Source of the DNA: Octopus vulgaris
Lineage: Eukaryota
DNA length: 64,000 nt
Assembly (NCBI GenBank): GCA_951406725.2
Contig: OX597835.1
Span: forward strand, 47,430,001 to 47,494,000
Direction: 5' to 3'
Shown here: in pieces, positions 58,580 to 64,000 of the stretch
How the letters are laid out: every line of letters starts with the position of its first letter
Position numbering within the stretch: the first letter of the stretch is position 1
Notes under the pieces: generated by a model
The model's database searches: none
Told to the model about the DNA's origin: nothing
What the model saw: only the letters and a program-made list of their open reading frames with translations
Position numbers and translations under genes: made by a program

Positions 58580-58758
58580 CACCACAAATGCCTCCACCAC
58601 AAATGCTTCCACCACAAATGCCTCCACCACAAATGCCTCCACCACAAATGCTTCCACCACAAATGCCTCCACCACAAATGCCTCCACCACAAATGCTTCC
58701 ACCACAAATGCCTCCACCACAAATGCTTCCACCAGAAATGCCTTCACCACCACAAATG
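58580..58758. repeat. 15-bp minisatellite C(C/T)TCCACCACAAATG, about 11.5 copies
   Basis: Direct unit count, inside a (CAC)-rich tract. Confidence 0.95.
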
Positions 58759-59259
58759 TCTCCACTACCTCTGCCACCACCAATGGTGCTGCTACCACCA
58801 CCACCACCACCACCACTACTACTTCTACCATCAGTACTACCACGTCAATCATCAATACCTTCAATGCCACCATTATCATCATCATCATCATCATCCTCAT
58901 CACACTCACCACCACTACCGCCTCAACCAATACCATTGCATCCCTGCCACCGCCATTAATACATCCTCATCTCCCTCCTTCTCTTCGTCGTCGTAACTTC
59001 CAAAATTTGTAAGGAGTCACGTGCTACATCAGTGAAGTGAATGCAATAGACAGTCCATGTAAAAACGGCTTGATCACGTGACAGCGTGTATATTACAGCT
59101 GTCCACTGGCAGCTTCCTGTGGCTAACGGGAATAACTGCAATAAACTACAGCTTGACAGCCAATCAGCTGTTGGCAAAAATTTGGAGTGTTTGGAACTTT
59201 TGTATTCTGTCTACATAGAGTTTGTGTTGTTGAATAGGAAGAAGTCTACTGAGAACGAG

Positions 59260-59318
<59 letters not shown>

Positions 59319-59410
59319 TGTGTGAGAGAGAGAGCGAAAGTAGTAGGAGAATTCGGAGAATGAATAGGATGTGACAGAAGGTGAGCAACGAAGAAAAAAT
59401 GAGATGAAGA

Positions 59411-59885
<475 letters not shown>

Positions 59886-60119
59886 AGCGATTAACTGATA
59901 TTTATCTTGTCAATTCCGAAAGGATGAACTGCAAAGTCGAAATGTCCCCCACTTTTTGGGGGACATCTCAGTTTGATGAGAATGAAGAGAGAATAAAGTA
60001 AACAATGAAAGGAGATGAGAAAATAAAAAGATGAAGAGAAACAAGAAAGAAGAGAAGATGAAGAAGGAGCAGAAGTTGAAGGAGATTACATTAGCATTAG
60101 TGAAAGAAGAAGTAAAGAT

Positions 60120-60305
60120 GATGACGATGGAGAAGGAAGAAATAGAAGAGGAAGGAGGAGACGAAGAAGAAGAAGAAGAAGGAGGAGGAGGAGGAGGAGG
60201 AGAAGAAGAAGAAGAAGAAGAAGAAGAAGAAGAAGAAGAAGAGGAGAAGAAGAAGAAGAAGAAGAAGAAGAAGAAGAAGAAGAAGAAGAAGAAAGAGAAA
60301 GAGTA
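60120..60305. repeat. (GAA)n/(GGA)n purine tract
   Basis: Visible directly in the sequence. Confidence 0.95.
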
Positions 60306-60835
60306 GCAGCAGGCGGAACCGTAAAAAAGAATGTGACACTTTTATCGAAAGAGTTCAACTGCGTAACAATAGAATGTGTAATGAATATATTGGACATTTC
60401 ACTAATAAATACACACACACACACATAAACATACACACAGATGATAAGTCACTTCACGAATAAAAATGAGAGCAAGTCGAAACGTGCCTATGCTTAACCT
60501 ATGGCCATGAATGTTGGGTAATTATCAAAAGAGTGCGATTTTGAATAGAAGCGGCAGAGCTGGAGTTCCTTTGAAACATCTTTGGAGTGACGTTATTCGA
60601 TAGTTTCTCCACATCAAGCCTCTGCTTCCCTGCATTGAGAGATCACCGTTCTAATACTACAGACATGTGACTAGAATACTTACCCCATCACAAAGCAGCA
60701 GAACCAGACTAGGAAATTAATCTAACTTAACCCTCTTACAATATAAATATATATATATATCCAGGAAATTTTTTATCCCTAACAAAATAGCATTTCCCTC
60801 CTAAGTAGAAGTACAACAATATTTTCAATACTGAA

Positions 60836-61047
60836 AGGCGGCGAGCTGGCAGAAACGTTAGCACGCCGGGTGAAATGCTTAGCGGTATTTCGTCTGTCTT
60901 TACGTCTGAGTTCAAAGTCCGTCGAGGTCGACTTTGCCTTTCATCCTTTCGAGGTCGATAAATTAAGTACCAATTAAATACTGGGGTCGATGTAATCGAC
61001 TGGTCCACTCCCCCAAAATTTCAGGCCTCGTGCCTAGAGTAGAAAAG
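60836..61047 (+). mobile_element. SINE family B (tail type 2), full length, with an 18-bp imperfect TSD
   Basis: AATATTTTCAATACTGAA (60818-60835) and AATGTTTTCAACACTGAA (61048-61065) flank the complete unit. Confidence 0.9.
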
Positions 61048-61434
61048 AATGTTTTCAACACTGAATGTTAAGCTCAGCTATTCTTGCCTGAATGACTTTT
61101 CTCTCCCGATCTCACACTAAAACCTGAACCATGCTCTCAAGCAGCACCATGCTTGAAGGAAAGACTCTGCCATTGCATGTCAGCACTCACCTCATTAACA
61201 TAGAACACCATGAGCAGAGCCACCCGGTATAACATCAGATAAATTTACTGACTATCGCGAAACGGGAAACACCAATTATCACATATTTGTTGTCACTGGC
61301 GACGACAATTACTTATAGCAACTTCCGTCTTTGCTCTCTACACATTGAAGACCCATAACTCTAACAGCTGAGGCGCTGCTCGAAGCGACGTAGATTCTCA
61401 GCGTTCACCCTTACACGACAGTGGCTATGTGCAT

Positions 61435-61520
61435 ATTCTTTTATTCTTTTATTTGTTTCAGTCATTTGAGTGCGGCTATGCTGGAGCACCGCCTTTAGTC
61501 GAGCAAATCGACCCCAGGAC
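61435..61520 (-). mobile_element. SINE family A 3' end
   Basis: TTTGTTTCAGTCATTTGAGTGCGGCTATGCTGGAGCACCGCCTTTAGTCGAGCAAATCGACCCCAGGAC. Confidence 0.8.
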
Positions 61521-61548
61521 GAGTTGACAGCCATCTATCTGTCTGTCA

Positions 61549-61676
<128 letters not shown>

Positions 61677-61682
61677 CTATCT

Positions 61683-61744
<62 letters not shown>

Positions 61745-62104
61745 GTCTCACTGTGCTAAATTAGCGTCCATTGCCCATTTCAGCCTCTGTAAAGATCGAT
61801 AAAATGTGTCCTAAGCAGAGCACAGAGTCCTGTACAGTATCAACCTAATACCCAGAAAAAGCAGCAATCCAACATGGCCGCTACATTCCAATGACAGAAA
61901 CTGGTAAAAGAAGAATAAACGAAAAAAGAAAAAAAATACATATGACTGTGTTTATCTGTGGGAGGAGGGTAGCGTTCTGCCTGTCTATCATTTCACTTTC
62001 ATCTTGGCCATAACAAGATGATGGGAGTTCTAAACCAGAACTCGGCGCCTATAATTAATATTTCAGACACCTCTGCAGGAATTCATCTCATTCTCCTTCT
62101 TGTT

Positions 62105-62279
<175 letters not shown>

Positions 62280-62480
62280 CAGCTGTAGTTAATGTCGATG
62301 CTATTGTTGTTTATGTTGTTGTTGTAATCGTAAATACATGTTTGCACATCTGTTTAGTATTCTTCGGTTGGCTAGGATGTGTGTGTGTGTGTGTGTGTGT
62401 TTGTGTGCGTGTAGATATATATGTGTGTGTGTGTGTGTTTGCATACGTATGTGTGACTGTGCGTGAATGTGGCCATATAT

Positions 62481-62539
<59 letters not shown>

Positions 62540-62880
62540 ATATATATACATTTATATGCATACACACATATATATATACGTATATGTATATCTATCTATC
62601 CACATATATATATATATATATATATATGGATAGATAGACAGATAGCTAGGTAGATAGATATACATAAACGTATATACATGTATGTAAATATATATGTATG
62701 TATATATGCATAAATACATACATACATACATACATACATACATACACACATAGGCGCGCGCAAGCACACACACACACACTTCGGAGAGTCATTCAGCTGA
62801 TAAGTGTGTAGGCGAGTGTGTACAAGTGCGCGCATGCGTATGAGCGAATAGGTTGTGTGTGTGTGTGTGTATGTGTGTGT

Positions 62881-62919
<39 letters not shown>

Positions 62920-63279
62920 AGTGTAGGCGTGCGTAGAATCGGTAGCTGAAGCAAGAAAAATGCAGCATTGTGAAACACACGCACACAAACACACTCATAT
63001 ACACACACAAGCACATACACACACATACACACAGTCGTGAACATTCCTACATATTGATACAGCACTGTTCACACATATAGTCACAGTCACACATTCAGAC
63101 ACAAGTATACAATCATACACACACACACACGCACACGTATACATACTCACACAGACAGATACACGCATACTTTAATACAGCAGGCAAACCCGCACACAGT
63201 CATACACACACACACACATGCAAACGCATTAATATTATCAATATGCGCGCGCACACACACACACACACGTACTCACACG

Positions 63280-63319
<40 letters not shown>

Positions 63320-64000
63320 CACACACGTACTCATACACACACTCACGGGTTGTCAAACGTTTATTGAGAGGTGCAAGTGCGAGCACGTGCCTTATTCCAA
63401 GCGAAAAAAGTATGAAAAAAATATCAAAAGCGATAAAAAAGAAAACCCCTAATGCTCCCCAAAGGGGTCTAAATTCAACAAAGGGATATAAGGAGTAGAG
63501 ATGGGTGGGCTGCCGAGGGTACCTGAGAACCTTTAGTTATCTGGCCAACCCAAATATAAAGTCTACCCTGGGACCGAAATCAAAGCAAACCCGAAAAGAA
63601 CGCAACCAACCAGCCAACCAGCCAACTCTCCACCATACCCTGACACAATCACTCACCCCAATCTCACTCACTCACACCTTTCACAACACGCCCCGTCACC
63701 ACCACCACCACCATAACCATAACCATAGCCACCACCACCGATAACATCCTCTGTCTACCCATAATGTCAATCATGACCCATCTCAAGCAACCTTCTACCC
63801 TCTGACCCCACCCTCCAATATACAAATAATATTAAAAACAAAGAAATAAGAAAGAAAATTTTCACAGAAAAAATAAAAAAAAACACTCATCAATGAACAA
63901 AAACAACAGAAAATTAAATTTTAAAATATTAAAAATTGCTTCAGTTATTGTTGTTGTTGTTATACTTTTAGTTCTAACTCAATACTCATCCCAACCGTGG

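Noticed and set aside
57886-58996. Proline-rich (357 aa) and His/Cys-rich (280 aa) ORFs
   Set aside because: Built from TA runs, a CAC tract and a 15-bp minisatellite; open on both strands; no domain or splice evidence.
60031-60306. E/K-rich ORF of 91 aa
   Set aside because: (GAA)/(GGA) purine microsatellite.
60438-60490. CAGAUGA...GUCGAAACGU hammerhead-like motif
   Set aside because: The core is mutated, there is no valid UH site and stem I is absent; could be chance.

Overview
AT-rich, microsatellite-saturated metazoan non-coding DNA. The tRNA-derived SINE families resemble those I associate with Octopus genomes, so a coleoid cephalopod is my inferred source (not database-verified). I found no intact host gene: nearly all supplied ORFs are translations of (TA)n, (CA)n, (TATG)n, (GATA)n or trinucleotide runs. 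The unique-looking islands between the microsatellites are mostly mobile-element relics. These are two abundant SINE families, four mariner fossils, one Tc1-like fragment, RTE LINE fragments and three Penelope-like (PLE) GIY-YIG endonuclease fragments. The most notable signal is about 15 type I hammerhead-ribozyme motifs, ranging from one with a fully canonical core (36012-36099) to heavily decayed. They sit in short non-coding cassettes of about 150-450 bp, mostly embedded in (TA)n runs and belonging to several unrelated families. One cassette is a 212-bp near-perfect palindrome with a hammerhead on each strand. Two families show recurrent non-canonical cores (CCGANGA, CUGUNGA). All structures and translations were read by eye.
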